In this document: positions 47,933-48,628 of the stretch, in pieces
Position numbering within the stretch: the stretch's first letter is position 1
Layout of the letters: each line of letters starts with the position of its first letter
Source of the DNA: Octopus bimaculoides
Taxonomy: Eukaryota
NCBI RefSeq assembly: GCF_001194135.2
Contig: NC_068995.1
Location: 50,373,617 to 50,422,244 of the forward strand
Reading direction: 5' to 3'
Length of the DNA: 48,628 nt
Program-made: the position numbers and the translations under genes
Notes under the pieces: model-generated
Databases searched by the model: none
What the model saw: the letters and a program-made list of their open reading frames with translations, nothing else
Told to the model about the DNA's origin: nothing

Positions 47933-48414
47933 AAACAAAGTTCTTTGAGAGTTCTTCAACCAAGGCCTTGTTTAATAAAATTTAGCTGGGCAAAAACTGG
48001 GCGGCAGAAGTGCACCGAAGGAACCGCTGCTTGTTATTGGGTGGTGAGACTTAATGTGCCTGAACACTAACCGCACGGCCCAAGCGCACCTGCATTGAAG
48101 CCAAGTTTCCTAACACCGCCGTGAAGAAACTTGGCCCCTAACGATGCCATGAGTACAGCCCTTCTTCCTCTAAGATATTAACAAAAAAAATGTCTTGAGA
48201 AAGAAATAACAGAGCAACGGACAAAATTTGTTTTAGAGCATCTAATTACATCATTTTAGGTTTTCACTTGAATACCCATGACCCAGTTAATAGTATAATA
48301 GCAACACACACACATACATACGTACGTACACATACACACGCACACACACACACGCACGCGCATGCATACATACATACGTACATACACACGCACACACACA
48401 TACACACACACTCA

Positions 48415-48628
48415 TATATATATATATGTGTGTGTGTGTGAGTGTGTCTTACTGGGCAAGTATCTTCTATAACCTCGGGCTAACCAAAGCCTGGTGCGTG
48501 GATTTAGAAGACAGAAACTGAAAGAAGCCCGTCGTATATATATATATGTGTGTGTGTGTGAGTGTGTCTTACTGGGCAAGTATCTTCTATAACCTCGGGC
48601 TAACCAAAGCCTGGTGCGTGGATTTAGA
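48415..48628 (+). repeat. Exact 120-bp tandem repeat made of a SINE family B internal segment; runs off the window
   Basis: 48415-48508 is identical to 48535-48628; the unit contains GGGCAAGTATCTTC...CCAAAGCC...GAAACTGAAAGAAGCCCGTCG plus (AT)n(GT)n. Confidence 0.9.

Noticed and set aside
48095-48140. SECIS element
   Set aside because: The 5' side has TTGA but the 3' GA of the non-canonical quartet is absent.

Overview
Eukaryotic, AT-rich, repeat-dense DNA, most likely from an octopus. This is inferred from the SINE/RTE repeat families and the very high microsatellite load; no database search was run. One convincing coding segment is present: a 164-codon, phase-0 first coding exon on the minus strand (37297-36806) starting MGQQSS, a predicted N-myristoylation motif. 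The gene could not be identified. Positions 1-36.8 kb look like its long intron, filled with decayed transposons: RTE LINE pieces, R4/Dong-type RLE LINE pieces, mariner and Chapaev-like transposase relics, three tRNA-headed SINE families (my labels A, B, C), a (CAA)n-tailed repeat (my label D), and piggyBac-, hAT- and Kolobok-like MITEs. From about 33.1 kb upward CpG density rises. From about 36.7 kb recognisable TEs nearly vanish and microsatellites dominate, with candidate promoter and 5'UTR exons and a Merlin-like MITE. Five N gaps are present, two with flanking duplications that look like assembly artefacts. I did not find convincing evidence of a wholly new biological system; the best leads are ranked in the findings. 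Repeat boundaries are read by eye and approximate unless a TSD is given.
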